Shown here: positions 1 through 13,811 of the stretch, in pieces
Layout of the letters: every line of letters starts with the position of its first letter
Position numbering within the stretch: the stretch's first letter is position 1
Origin: Bugula neritina
Taxonomy: Eukaryota; Animalia; Bryozoa
NCBI GenBank assembly: GCA_964035545.1
Contig: OZ037765.1
Span: 29,387,504-29,451,503 of the forward strand
Length of the DNA: 64,000 bases
Direction: 5' to 3'
Notes under the pieces: generated by a model
The model's database searches: none
Seen by the model: only the letters and a program-made list of their open reading frames with translations
What the model was told of the DNA's origin: nothing
Made by a program: the position numbers and the translations under genes

Positions 1-2381
1 TTGTGTCGTGCAGAGATTCTTTATTGGCGCTGGCTTTGCGATCATATACTCGGCTCTGCTCACCAAAACCAACAGAATATACAGAATCTTCTCTTCCGCA
101 TCAAAGACATCTAAACGGCCAGCCTACATTTCCCCGAGGTCGCAGGTAGCTTTTGCATCCCTCCTCTCCGCTGCTCAGATTATCGTTTTCGCCACATGGC
201 TAGCCGTGGAATCCCCGGGAACGAGAACTGAAGTGCCCAACAGCAGTGACATGTCGTATGTTGTGCTCAAGTGTAAGCTGAAGGAGTCGTCCCTTCTCAT
301 CTCTTTGACTTACAACATGGCGCTGATTATAGTTTGCACAGTGCACGCAGTGTTCACTAGGAACATTCCATCTGACTATAATGAGAGCAAGTTTATTGGC
401 TTCACCATGTACACTACATGCATCATCTGGCTGTCTTTCTGCCCTGTCTATTTCGGCATGAAATCATCTTACACTGTAAGTATCGATGACTATAAATATG
501 TATGTGTGTGTAAGTAAGCATAAGAACTCAAAAGAGGCGAATTATTTATGTTAGCATTACGTAGATAATAGTTGTCTGCCCTATGGGTGGTGTGACTGAT
601 ATTGAAGATAAAGTTTCAGGTAACTGCAACAGAGTATCAATTGTTATGGCATATCTGGCTTTGCAAAAGGTTCATATAATTTGAAAATAGACTATATTTG
701 TTTATTGACCATTTGATGTGTGCTAAAACAAATCATTAAGAAGAATCAGCTCATTAAACTTTACATTGTAAACCAACAAGAAGAAATATTTAAACTGTAG
801 TAATAAAACATAACAAAACAAGCAGTACAAGTTTCAACTGCCGTTGTAGATTCAAGTGACCACCCTCTGTACCGCCATCATACTGAGTGCATCAGTAGCT
901 CTGGTCTGCTTATTCGGGCCCAAGGTTTATATTATTTTGTTTAAACCGGAGAAAAACAGAAGAAAGACAACTGTTGATCGGCAGCGGTTCAGCAGCGTCA
1001 TGAAATCACAGTACACCAGATCAGGTGAGTCAGCTACTTCCTGTTTAGTTAGTAAGCAATCTTACCTTATAAGTAACTAATTCAGGACATTGCCCCCCAA
1101 GTTGCATAAGCTATTGTTGATTTGTAAAGGGCTTGATAAATGTTTTATTTTTGCTCATCATTATCAGCTTCAGAAATTTTCAAATCTATAATAATAATGG
1201 ATTTATTTGCTGTAGTTACAAAGCTGGTTATGGTTATATGAAATTTGCACATATATATAATATATGCCACATTGATGGATAGTAAAATTTGTGATTATTT
1301 AAATGGCAAACATAAGCTGTTGAAGATCAGGTGCAATGATTGTAATTTTAGACTCTGTAAACAATGAAACTGCGGCCAATAGAAGCCCACACTCATCCGT
1401 CACTAACTCATCAAACAATGGTAGTGGCACAACTCCAAGGAAAAGCAGCTATTCTAAAGAGATCACCATCCCTGAAGAAGTGAGAATTTTAAATTGGATC
1501 AGAAATAAAGCATATCTCCATTGTTGATATCAATGGATTTGCATGTATCATTCAACCAATTGGAAATAGCTTTACATAAACGAAATATCAACTCATATAT
1601 AAGCTGAAATTGGTTTTAATTAGGGTAGATAAATAGAAGGGGCAGTCATACTGTTTTGACTGATGAAAAAATTCATCATTTGGGCACAACTAGAGAATTT
1701 TCCTAGCAGGATAAGGAGCATCAAGTTTGTGGTAGAAACAAGCACAAAAATGTGCAATAGATTTATATAAAATATGTTTTATTTTCTATATGTTAGTTTT
1801 TTCGCAGATGTTGTTGTCAATATTGTTCTAAACTAATTTTCGTTCTTATTTTATCTAAATGTGTAATATTTCTAACAAGACACATTGTGTTACTGTAGGA
1901 GACACCGATACTAGCAAGCTGTGAGGAAGGAGAACGTCTGCAGAAGCAAGTCTCAAATGGTCGTGAACGAATACTTAGTGTTGAAAGCGCAGTCCAAAAT
2001 TCTCGCTCTCCAAAATACAGCAGTGATATTAACAATAGCATTATTACTGACGACCTTTCTATAAACTCATCTACAGCTGTGCTGCCTTTAGCTGATGACG
2101 CTAATCTTTCAATGACATCCGACCCACTTGACTTGTACAAACTTAAACAGTCATCACCTGTGACTAGTACAGCGCAGTCATTGAACGAAGTCAGTAAAGA
2201 TGGCATACAAGACACCTCAGAAGATGGTTTACATAAAATATCCAGTAGATTTAAAAATGGCGATAGTGGAATAGCAATATACTCATCGAAAGATGATCCT
2301 ACAGTGGAAGTACATAAGAACCAATCACAGAGCTGGGATGAGAATCAGAGTGAGTCAGAATTACCGGAACGCCTTATTTAG
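1..2381 (+). CDS. GRM: Metabotropic glutamate receptor (class C GPCR), 3' part: TM3-TM7 and C-terminal tail; exons <1-475, 850-1024, 1352-1479, 1899-2381
   Basis: Class C 7TM motifs IIYSALLTKTNRIYRIF, YISPRSQ, TRNIPSDYNESKFIGFTMYTTCIIWLSFCPVYFG and LFGPKVYIILFKPEKN. GT-AG junctions join in phase (0, 1, 0). Stop TAG at 2379-2381, AATAAA at ~2581. Subtype not assignable. Confidence 0.93.
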
Positions 2382-3335
2382 AGGATGACTAACGACTACT
2401 ATTATTTTCCTTGTAGACTATAGTTATCTCCCCTACCACTTTGTCTATCAATAATTTATTCACTATATAATAACATTTAGATATTTACTCTATGATGTGT
2501 TGTTATTTAAATACAGACAGCATTTATACATCGATCTTTGTGTCCACTTTGCTTACAACATTGTAGTGCTTTTAGATTTAAATAAAACACACACACACAA
2601 CACATAACACTCGCTGAATATTAGTCACGCTTTGGACTTGAGAGTTTTCACCCAAGTGAGCGGTGTATGATTATCTCTGTCATATAAATGGCCATTTATA
2701 CATACATACATGTTACATATATATGTGACTACCTTACTAAATAGGAACTGAAATATAAATGATATGTGTATATATTTTTAAAATGCATAATAAAGACTTC
2801 TAACTCATTTATATCCTGGATGTAAATAAAACACTTGATGTTACTTTGCTTATAGTTTGATTATACTTTTTATCTCCATAATATGTTACAAGTTATAGCT
2901 GTAGGTATTCCGTTTTGCAGCATGAAGCTGACTAAAAATAAACCATTTCTTATGAACATGGTTAAGTAAGACACCTTCAAAGAGATTTTAACTTTACTTA
3001 TGAAATTATCATTGAATTTGCAAAGTAAAATAAACATGCCATGTGTGAATGTTTATAATTACTACAGCGTGGAGTCCTAATACTAGTAGAAACTTACAGA
3101 AGCCCTGGTAGGTATGGAAACATGTGACATTAGTTACTGTGGTCAGATCAAGAAAATGCCAATTATTTTATCTTTTCTATAGAGCAGATACTGTATTTAT
3201 TTTAATACTAATACGGTGACAACTAAAATGCCAGTAATAATAATAATTATAAGAAAGTTTATAAGTTAGAGTAAAACTGGTTGACATTAAGGGTAGGTTA
3301 CGTTTTCACAAACAGTTACTTTAAAAATAACACTA

Positions 3336-3568
3336 CCCCGTTGTATGCTAATTAGATCTAGAACAGCTGCAAGCATCACCCAAGTTTATTGGTACCAGAG
3401 GTGAAACAAGACTCATGACAGCTCTTACAACTTTTTGGAATATATTACCCCATTGTATACAAATTAGATCTGGGACAGCTAAAAGTCTCACTCACATTTA
3501 TTGACATCACGGATGACAGTTCTTTGGGACAAACCAGTCTATTGTGTACAAAATTAGATCTGGGACAT
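3336..3568. repeat. Diverged direct repeat, 3 copies of a core ttgtrt..aattagatct(a/g)g.acagct
   Basis: Core seen at ~3341, ~3453 and ~3542. Confidence 0.6.
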
Positions 3569-4870
3569 ATTATGCAAATAAGACTAGGATACAATGGAAC
3601 TTCTATAGAGTCTGTCAAGACCATTTGCAGGTGCATGGTGCAGCTAAATTTGCAATCAGAGTGAGCTTTCTGCAAAGTCTGCAAAATGGAATGTTTCGTT
3701 CATATTTTTATATTTTTTTACTTCTATATTTTACAAGCTATGTCTTCAAGAAATGTGGTTCATTTGGTGTTGAAGTCTCCCCGTTTTTTAGACTGGTGAG
3801 ATGACTTCGGTGACAGCTAGGTTGATAAATTGTTATTATCTGCTCTGTTACCGTGTGTGGACTGCGGTGTACCTACAGAGAAGTATGAAATACATATTTG
3901 AAGGTGGTAAGCTTTCTGTTTGGATAGAGAAGTTGAGATATAGAAAAAAATTTAATTGCTCTTGATAAGAAATTTCATTAATATACCAGACATATAATTT
4001 GAATGAATTAAATTTAATCTCACATAGAAATTTGTTTTACATGGAAATTTCATTAATACACCAGACATATAATTACTAACCTCTTAAATAATGCAACTAT
4101 GATATGCTTATATAGTAAAGTTGTTTTATGCAATTATTTGTGGAATTTGGGATAATATTATATTACCATGTGATGTTTGGGATTTTGGCCTTTTTATATA
4201 TAAACATTAACTGATAAACGAACAGGAATAAATTAAGCTTGGATTTATATATGCATGCATGCAATCATGTTAACATATAGATGATATACAATACCTTATG
4301 CTTGATAAATCATGCAGCCTTGAATAGTTTGATGGTGACATCATGTTACAAAAGTCAGCACGTGAACAAGTGGCCAATGCATTTTATATATATGGATATA
4401 TAGTTATTTATTTTTAGCTTTAAAAGAACTTATACATCAGGTTGTGGCACAATATTAATATTGATGTGACCTACGTAATTCAAAGATCCTTATACAAAGA
4501 TGAGCCAACAACCTATCACCAACAACTCCCATTTCCGTCAACCAACCTCCCATCTGGTACTGTAAGCCAACTGGCAACTTACCTAACAAAGTCAATTTGC
4601 CGATGTTACCAATGCCCTGGAGGTTACCTATAAAACAGCCGACAGAATCAACATCAGATTAAGAAGGAATTGAGGGAGAAGGAAAAGAAAAAAAGGAGAA
4701 GAGAACAACATTAACACCATCAGAAGAAGTACAGCAGCAGGCAGAAACAGCAATAGTGTAAAGAAAACAATATTAGTAGTAGTGCAGTTAATATAATTCG
4801 ACGAGGATGTTTTACAATTTTAAATCTTGTATTACGACTATACAACATAGCTAGTTCATCAGTACCATCA

Positions 4871-7343
4871 TTGTCTGAAGGAGGAGTGGAAGTGTTCCTA
4901 GAGCGCCTAGGTAGTTACTATTTTGCAGTGCAAAAAGTCAAGGCCGAGGCGAAGGTGCATGTGCTAATTCTAGGTCTAAGTGAGAAACAGTACTCACTAG
5001 TTAGAGACCATGCAACTCCAAGAATTCCCTCAGAGATAAGTTACAAGGATTTGGTGGATATTTTGAAGTGACACTTCAAGAGTACGCACAACAGACTGAC
5101 AGAGAGAGGACAATTCCGAGAGATCAGAAGGTCCAACGGTGAGTCTGTCAGTGACTTTGTTGCTAGATTAAAGAGTGCTTCAAGATATTTTGAGTTTTAT
5201 GAGAAGCTCAATGAAAACTTGGTAGAGCAGTTCCGCATGGGGATAAATGACAGTTAAATAAGGGAAAAGCTAATTGACATGCCACTTACTCAGCAAGAAG
5301 ATTCTGAGGAAGTGATAAGGAAGGCTCAAGAAGTAGAATTAAATAGAAAGATGAGTAACCTTTCTATGAATGACCAACCAGCAGTACAAGCAATACAACG
5401 TCGCAGAAGAAACGTGAAACGTGAAACGTGCAATGCCAGCATCGAAGGTGTAACAGTTGAGTTCATTGTGGACGCTGGTGCTTGCGACAACATTGCATCT
5501 GCAGCTACATACCACAAGATTGCTAAGAAGGTGGAATTATTGTTAACTGACAAACAGCTTAATTATGGCTATGGCGCAGAGAGTAAGTTAAACTTACTAG
5601 GCTATTTTAAAGCTAACATTTATGTAAATGGGAAAATAATTGCTAGCAAATTTTATGTGTTTAATGGTAGTGCCAGATGTTTGATGAGTTATAAAACTGC
5701 ATGTGAACTATAAGGTATTTTATATATTACTAGCAGTTTGATTTCTAATGTTTTACCCAGTAATGTTGATGGCATAGTTAGCCAGTTTCCTGATGTTTTT
5801 CAAGGCGTGGGTAAGCTGAAAGGTGTGAAATTGAAATTGCACATTGATCGGGCAGTGAACTCAGTAGTACAACCTGTAAGAAGGTTGCCTTTTGGCTATA
5901 GAAATAAGGTCAAGGCCAAAGTCCAAGAGTTGGTAGACAACGACGCCGTTGAGCCGGTGTCTGGCATAGGTTCTACGCCGGTGAGTCCGCTTATGCGCAT
6001 TCTGCGGGACTCTGGGGAGATCCGACAAACCGTTGATATGCAATGTGTGAATAAGGCAGTTGTGTATAAAGAGGGCAACTTTAATATTGCTGACCCTTTA
6101 TCTAGGCTAAGTTCAAAAAGTAATTGCCCTGCGCCAGTTAATTTTGTAATGAAGATAACAGAGGCACATGCTGACTGCGTGGCAAAATCAGCTGTTCCTA
6201 TTGCTATGACATAGGAGGAGATTAGAAAAGCATCTCTTGATTGTTTATAGAAATAAAACATGTCATTGAGTCATTGAGAGCAGATAGTATGAAGACATGC
6301 AGCACTGCGTATCAAGCTGTAACATGCGAGTTAGCCGAGTGTAATGGGGTGTTGCTAAGGGGTAATAGAATAGTGATGCCAGTTAAGTTAAGGAGTAAAG
6401 CACTTGAACTAGCAAATGAAGGGCACCAGGGAATAGTTAAGACAAAACAGAGAATTAGGACTAAGCTATGATGGCCTGGAGTAAATAAAGATTGTGAGAG
6501 AGTTTGTAGGTCATGTCTAGATTGCTTGAAAGTAAGTTCCCCTGAACCACATACACCCCTGTCTATGACGAAGTTTTCTGAAAAACCATAGGATTACCTC
6601 AGTGCTGATATTCTTGGCCCATTGCCAAATGGCCAATATGTTTTGTGATAGTAGATTACCATAGCAGGTATTTTGAGGTAGGGTTCATGAGATAAATTAC
6701 TGCCGATAGAATTGTAGACTTTCTAGATGTTACTTTCACTAGATATGGTTTGCCAAGTGTATCGAGAACTGATAATGGCCCTCAGTTTATCTCTTCAGTA
6801 TTTCAAGATTTTCTGCATGAAAATGGAGTGAAGTGGCTATCCACTACACCTCTTTGGCCCCAAACCAACGGATAGGTTGAGAGAGTGAATAGAACACTTC
6901 TCAAGTCATTGAAAATTGCTCATAGCAAAGGTCTGTCTTTGCATAAGGAACTAAGGCAATATCTAGTGGCGTATAGGTCTACACCACATAGCACAACAGG
7001 TGTTGCACCATTTTCTCTAATGTTTGGGAGGGAGATGAAAACCAAACTACCTAGTATAAATAGTGAGGTCAATGCTAAATTATTGCAACAGGCAGCTGCT
7101 GACACAGATGCAGTAAACAAAGCAAGAGCCAAAAACTACCCTGATGCCAAGGCTAAGGCAATAGAGAGTGAAATTTCTGTAGGTGACAAGGTATTGTTAA
7201 GGCAGAATAAAACATGTAAACTTGATGCAAATTTTGGGGAGAAACCATGCATTGTGATTGGCAAGGAAGGGTCTGAGTTAGTTTGTGAGGATAAAGATGG
7301 GGTTAGTGTGCGGTGTAATATGACGCTTACCATCGCAGGATAG
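4871..7343 (+). mobile_element. Degenerate Ty3/Gypsy gag-pol relic with stops, frameshifts and the RT/RNaseH core deleted
   Basis: Gag-like VFLERLGSYY...SYKDLVDILK*HF...ERGQFREIRRSNGESVSDFVARLK. Protease VEFIVDAGA. RT N-terminus VRRLPFGYR...DMQCVNKAV fused directly to RNaseH C-terminus VYKEGNFNIADPLSR. Integrase remnants NEGHQGIVKTK, RTDNGPQF, YRSTPHSTTGVAPF. Several in-frame stops. Confidence 0.9.
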
Positions 7344-7698
7344 TGGAGTGGCTGGAGACACTCAGATGATCGCGGATGATGCCAGCGACTTGCCAGTGGG
7401 AGACCAAGTTCAGCGACAGCGTTGTCTACCCTCTTGATATGGCAACTATCGGGTCCACTAAAATTTCACACCCTCAGCTAATCCACCTACAATTGATTAG
7501 AAAGCAAACTTTTATGATATGCTTATATTATCTTTCCTACTATATAGTATTTTATAGCACATGCCACATAATATTATATTTCTATAAGTTTATGCTACAT
7601 ATTTGACTAACTGTACTTTGCATATTATTACAATTTCTGCTGAAGCTAATTTGTATTTTATATCCAGTACAATTATATGTTTATGTGATTTTATATCT

Positions 7699-7935
7699 GA
7701 AGAAAGGAAGGGTTGTAGTGTTTGTGTTACAATCACCCACTTGCACAACTTGTTGTTGTTATTGTTGCTTACTATAACTTGTTCGTAACAACAGAATATT
7801 GCAACAGGAAGTAAAATTCCTTCATATTGTTTTATAATAATGTATGATTGTACACCACCTATATATAAATGGTTTAGTTTATAGAATAAAACAGTTTATG
7901 TTATAACAGTACTGCTGTGTGTTGTGTCAATTGTA
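7699..7935 (+). mobile_element. Putative polypurine tract and 3' LTR remnant of the degenerate Gypsy
   Basis: gaagaaaggaaggg (7699-7712) is followed by TGTAGTG at 7714, with AATAAA at ~7885. No matching 5' LTR found, and the 3' end is approximate. Confidence 0.45.
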
Positions 7936-9736
7936 ATAGAACTTGGTGCATTGTATATAACGGAAAAAATATATACAATACAAAATACATATATATATAA
8001 AAAGTATATACGTATGTAATATTTGTCATGATGATGCAGAGGTGCAAGACAAACTGAAACAATTATAGTAAGTAATTTTATTTTATATTTTTGTTGTTGT
8101 TGAGAAGATATATTAAGAAAATTTATACTTAGAGAAACTATTATTGAGAAAAATTGTATCTGAAGAAAACTATTATTTTGAATTGAGAGAAAATTTATTA
8201 ATCATTGAATGTTAAAGCAGCACAAAATTCATATTTGGAGAAATTATTATTTTGAGTTGAGAAAATTTACGTTTGAAGCTGCACAAAATTTATATAAACC
8301 ATCTTATTTTTATTGAGAAATTTTATTAATTATTGTTGTTGAAACTGTATAAACTATAGCCCTATTTGAAGGCTCATTAACTTTGTAAGTTGCTAGTATT
8401 CTATTGCGCAGCAAGATTTCAAAGGATCGCTGGAATTGTTTTCTTTTCTTTTGGTTAATTGGTTATCATCTTTATTATTACTGTAATTTTGTTTCCAAGT
8501 TATTATCATGAGATAGATATTTATAAACAAAGAACATAATCTATAGTTTCATTCCTCGGAGGGACAGGTCTTAAATTTGCCTCCCAAAAATTAATATCCA
8601 GAGTTGCTACCATTACACACATAGAGCCACATATATTATCCCTGCATGAATAATTTTGTTAAAGCCAAACCAAAATTTAACATTTGTGGAGCAAAGATAA
8701 CTCTAAGATTATGCTACATAATATCCTAGTTTTAACTAAATGACATTCAAAATTTTTGCTCATGCAAATTAGGTTTGAGCTTGATTAGTTACGAGCATTC
8801 CTTTATACTGTTTACATGTATCATACACATTTCAGTTACATATATTCATTCACATACTTTATACTACACAACAAACTTCATTTGCATATTCCATACATTT
8901 TAATAATTTAATTTAAATTTATGTTTTTTTAATTTTCGTTCGACACTATGTTACATAAAGTCACGCCTGAAACAAAAAATATACATGTTAATATAAAACA
9001 ATGCAAATAAAATAGGCCAATATCATTATTTGAATAGAAACTCACTAAATGGGCTGATCATCACAAAACATAAATGCAATGCATGCCTATATATAGACTA
9101 GCCACAGTTTAAGTAGCATTGGTTGTAATAGCTGTATTTAAGATAAGAAGTTATCTATCCTGGAACAAAGCATCAAACTATTCAATCCCAATAAAACCTG
9201 AAGGCTCAATGCCAACATATAATTTAATACTTTCACATGATTATAAATGCGATCTTATAGCAAATTATTAGTCATTTGGCAAGGTACTGTAACACTAGCT
9301 TAACATTATGGTAACTTTTCAGTATATAGCAAAACAACTATGATACAACAAGTTTTAGCTCATACAGCTTACCAGCATTGTCTTGACAGCTAGTTCTCAG
9401 TCTAAAGTAAATATCATTACATGAAAGAGGGGATAACTCTAACCTTGAGTCTTAGTAAGATTCAGGCAATTTTAAAGAGAATAAGCTTTAAAACTGGGTA
9501 CTACTGCCCAACACTACAGTATATATAGACTACTTGATACATGTTTTAGCTGAAGCATATTATTCATGCATGTAACTGACTGTGTTCACTGTGGAATAAG
9601 TTAGAGCTTATAGACCCAGTAAACTTTGCTAATCTGATTTTCAAAGGAGCCATGTGAGTAGAACAGCCCTGCAACTCAGCTTAAAAACTCATGGAGATAA
9701 TAACTCCTAGAGGAAAGTGCACGTATACTTTTACAG

Positions 9737-9905
9737 AATAAGTGGATCTGAATCAGTAAGTTGAAGCTATCTTTTGTATCTCTTCTCAGCAACAATACAT
9801 TTTATAAAGTCAACAGACAGTGTTATGTTGTCAAAGATTTTATTCTCAAACTACTAATTCTAGTATACATGCAGATGAGAAGTGTCTGCAGAGAGCACCA
9901 GTCTA
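9737..9905 (+). pseudogene. Decayed extra copy of the nuclease gene's first micro-exon and intron (ATG>ATA)
   Basis: ata agt gga tct gaa tca|gtaagttgaagctatc...tttataaagtcaacag parallels atg agt gga gct gga tca cca|gtaagttgaagctatg...tttataaagtcaacag at 10747-10900. Confidence 0.65.
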
Positions 9906-10026
9906 TAGAGTGCCAAATAGTCAAAAGTTTGCTTATTATTGCATCTCATATGCTTATAATAAAGTATATAGCCATTATTCTCTCTCATATGCTCACAAAA
10001 CGCTCTCATAGGTTCATAATTTGCTC

Positions 10027-10116
10027 TCTCTCTCACACGCACACGCACACGCACACGCACACACACACAAGCACACACAAGCACACACAAGCACACACAC
10101 ACACACACACGCACAC

Positions 10117-10162
<46 letters not shown>

Positions 10163-10197
10163 GCACACACACACTCAAGCACACATGCACACAAGCA
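10027..10197. repeat. Compound (CT)n/(CACACG)n/(CA)n microsatellite
   Basis: Seen directly. Accounts for the spurious HT/VC ORFs at 9761-10237. Confidence 0.97.
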
Positions 10198-10746
10198 CTC
10201 AAAATATATGGTCGCTGAGAAGCTAAACAAACATTGAATTAATCATTCAAAAATATTATAAAAAGTTAAGAAATACAAATTCATCTGCTTTTTAAAGTTA
10301 ATTTCACTTGCACTTAAATTGTACTATAAGATCATAAATTGCTTATTTATCAGCAGTTTAGTGTCTCAACAGAAACAAAATCGAGATTTATAACCTTCAG
10401 CAGTGTAGAGCATCTCTATCACATTATCAACATTGTTGTAAACACATAACATATATGTTGAGTAGGTCAAATACTTTATTAAGCCATATCATTCACAGAA
10501 TTGTTCACAAAAACAAATATAGATCTATTAAGATATTTGTGTAGCATATGTTCTTTAAAATAATATAATAGGAAGATGAACAATGCTTTATTTATTTTGA
10601 TTAAAAAGTCTTCACATTGCTGATGCCAGGCTGCTGCCGGGCAACGTGTTGCAAATAGACAATTGAAATTAATCCACTGCTGACTGTAGGTAGAAGAAGC
10701 AAAACTTATAGCTGCCAAGTTTTAGAGAAAAGTGTACTTTAGCAAA

Positions 10747-11574
10747 ATGAGTGGAGCTGGATCACCAGTAAGTTGAAGCTATGTTTAGTATCTCTTCTCG
10801 TTTCAGCAACAATTGGACGTTTTATAAAGTCAACAGATAGTGTTATGTTTTTTTAAGTCAAGGTTTTTCTTTTCGAACTACTAATTTTAGTGTGTGCAGA
10901 TAAAACTGACTTTAGAGAACAAAAACAACTAATATCTGATTAGCAGTCTACAGGCTAACCTTGTCTGCATTTTACTAAAGCATTTTGAACATAATATATA
11001 CTTTTAGCAGTGTAGCTGCCTTAACAACAACAGAATAGTATTTAAGATGTCTTATGTTATTGATCTATAGGGTTCAAACAGCCCCAACATGCGTAAGGAT
11101 ATCGCGCATGGTCGAAAGCATGAAAAAAATGCTTTAAAAGCTGCTAGCGAAGTGCTTGAGACTGAAATTCGGCCTAAAAAGTGTTTTAAGGATTCCAACG
11201 ACAAAACTGTAATACCAGATGGAGTGACCGAAGATGGTAAGCCAGTAGAAGTAAAGTGTCCACGCCCACGAGATGATGAAAGTAGCCTTTCTGATATGGC
11301 CATAGAAAGAAAAAACTTTTACCTCACCTCAGATGGTGATGTCAACAAGAAAAACTCTGCTTATGATCAAGTTCAAAAGCAAATAGATGCTACAGGTGCA
11401 GATGAAGGTTATCTGGTTGTTTACTATAATGATGATGAAGGAACTGAAGAAACCAAAGTAGTTCCAGTACTAAGAGACCAGGATCGTATCAACCAGCTGT
11501 TAGAGAGAGAAAAAGATAAAGATGATCTTGTGTCTCAGTTCTCTTCATTAAATGTTGCTGATAAAAAATACTAA
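10747..11574 (+). CDS. Spliced lambda-exonuclease/YqaJ-like PD-(D/E)xK nuclease, copy A (~174 aa); exons 10747-10767 and 11071-11574
   Basis: ATG micro-exon MSGAGSP|gtaag splices in phase 0 at ctatag|GSNSPNMRK. Motifs in YqaJ order: HGRKHEKNA, IPDG, VEVKCP, AYDQVQKQI, GYLVVY, VPVLRD. Confidence 0.8.
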
Positions 11575-13811
11575 AAGGTATTCAAGCACTTAAGCAGTAA
11601 CATAAAACAATCAGTAGTATATAGACGTTTTGCACACTTACATGTTGATTTTGATTACATAATAAGTAACTTAAGTTTTGTTTTTTTTATAATTATATTC
11701 TTTTTACTATGCTTAGATTACAATTATATTTTTAAAGCAGGGCAACATTTTCTAAATATTTTTTGTTGGCTCGTAGATAGTTGATTGAGTAGATTTACTA
11801 ATTTTGTAGTAGTAAGTTTGTTAATATACCAGGTGACTGTGAAATCCAAAAGCATATGATATTATATAGTATTATATGGTGAAATCTAAAAGTATGCAGT
11901 ATTATATAGTGAAACTATATATATGCAATTATTATACATAGATTATTTGTCATTTAGTAAAATCTGTTACATGACAAAAATCAGTTTTAGTAAAACAGAA
12001 CCATGATGCAGAGATTGCTATAAGAAATTTAAGCCTACAAGAGAAGTGCAGAAAAATGCGTATGGAAGCTAACCTTTGCTTGCTAGTTTTTCAAATTTTT
12101 ATGCCTGTATAATATTTACATGACTTTTCTTATGTATAACGATAATTCATATATAGTTTCTATAATTTGTGCCAATGTTAGTTTTTCACACCCATGCAGT
12201 GTGCACTATTTATTTGAGAGTTGATCAGGAAAGGTGGTTGAAATATCAGTGACCAAGCAAGGTATGCAAATTGCCACTGAACAATGTCTCAACTCTACTG
12301 TAGACCTCGTAATAAACAACAAGTGACAGAAACACAATTCTCTGAGTCCCAACTCTCTAAACAGCTGGTTATCTGCATTACTTGGTTAAATATATTTACT
12401 GACTAGCTTCCTCAGATTGGATTTTTATGCTTTGTTATAACCTTGAAATATTTCTGTTACAATATGTATGCTTTTTATGATTTCTATGAGTTTACTAGTT
12501 TTATATATTAAATAAAACGTAAACATATATAAAATTATGTTACAACAAAACTATTGCTTGTATACATCAATTGAGAGAATAATATTGTGGTTTGTAGCTT
12601 TGTGACGGACCAATGCTGTTTAGTACTGAGATATTTGTAACTTAAGGGACATATTAGCAATTTAGTTTATTATGTAAACCTAACACAAAGGTGGGTGTAT
12701 GTTACAAAGTAGTTACTGAGTAAGATAGCTACTTCATGTTTATTGGCACTTAATCTTCATATCAATTAAGTGCCATGAGCTTAACTAAATATCTATCAAT
12801 ATTCTGATATATCAGTTCCTTGATGAGAGAAAATTAAACAGCTTCTTGAAGTTCGGGTTTAATATTCAAATATTTGCAATAAGTTCTCTCAACTGCTATA
12901 ATAATAGGAAATCCAGACTTCTTCAAATATACAAAGTACCATGATGACTTGAATTTTCAATGCTATACGCTCTGTATTAGACCAACTATAAATTATTGAT
13001 CGTTGATGTTATTCAAATATCTAGTAATTGACTACCCATGTGAACCTAGTGCTCTAGCTGGTAGACTAGTCATGTTAATAGCATTTCATACTAACAATTA
13101 ACAGTAAGTCCTATTGAGGTGGTTTATCTGTAAAAACTCAAACATCTGGCGTCTCTTGAGTAACTATAACTAAAGTTTTGGCTCGCAGAAAAAGTTTGTG
13201 TTTTGATATAATTTTATTAATAATAAATACAATATTATTATATCCATGCAGCACAGAGTAATAGATCTATATCCCCACAATTATTTTATGCATATAGATA
13301 TTATATTTTTTGATAAAGTACAAAGTAAATGGCTTGAGAAAAGTGAAGCAAAATAAAAATTCAGTATAACAATTACTTAAATTGTAAACTGGCTTAAATT
13401 GTCAATTAATCTTTTTCAAAAAATCTTAAATATAATTTCAAATGCATGCAGGCATTGTTTGCTTGTTGACAATCTAATGACAAAATACCAAGAGTACATG
13501 TGAGTGTATAACAGCAAGAATGCTCAAAGAATTTTAATATAAAATAAATACCTATTATACATTCTAGATTCTATTGGCAGCAATAAAACTGATGAATACG
13601 ACTTGAAGTTGCAAATCAGCTGTAACAGAACATGTTATGGACAGTCTCATTGGTCAGCACAACTGTTGGTTTTAGTATTTGTGAATTCATTCTCTTATGC
13701 ATATTATTCTCTCTGCATTCTTATTACAGTGCTTGCTCTTGCTCACCTGCATTAATAACTATCTTACTGTTATTATTAACCAGGTACTACTATTCTGACA
13801 GCCAGTGTATG

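Larger units (their letters stand above)
8949..13682 (+). repeat. Tandem segmental duplication, unit A, containing nuclease gene A
   Basis: Collinear similarity to 14148-24342: 8949 tgttacataaag...gcaaataaaataggccaa vs 14149; 12190 cacacccatgcagt...gagagttgatcag vs 22502; 13596-13682 vs 24255-24342. Boundaries approximate. Confidence 0.9.

Noticed and set aside
1817-2215. Minus-strand 132-aa ORF
   Set aside because: Antisense shadow of the last mGluR exon.
4443-4848. Possible 5' LTR of the degenerate Gypsy (TATA-like cctataaaa, ends ...aca)
   Set aside because: No similarity to the putative 3' LTR at 7714, no PBS and no TSD. It could be an unrelated solo LTR, but this is unsupported.
9761-10237. 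His/Thr-rich and Val/Cys-rich ORFs
   Set aside because: Translations of the CA microsatellite.
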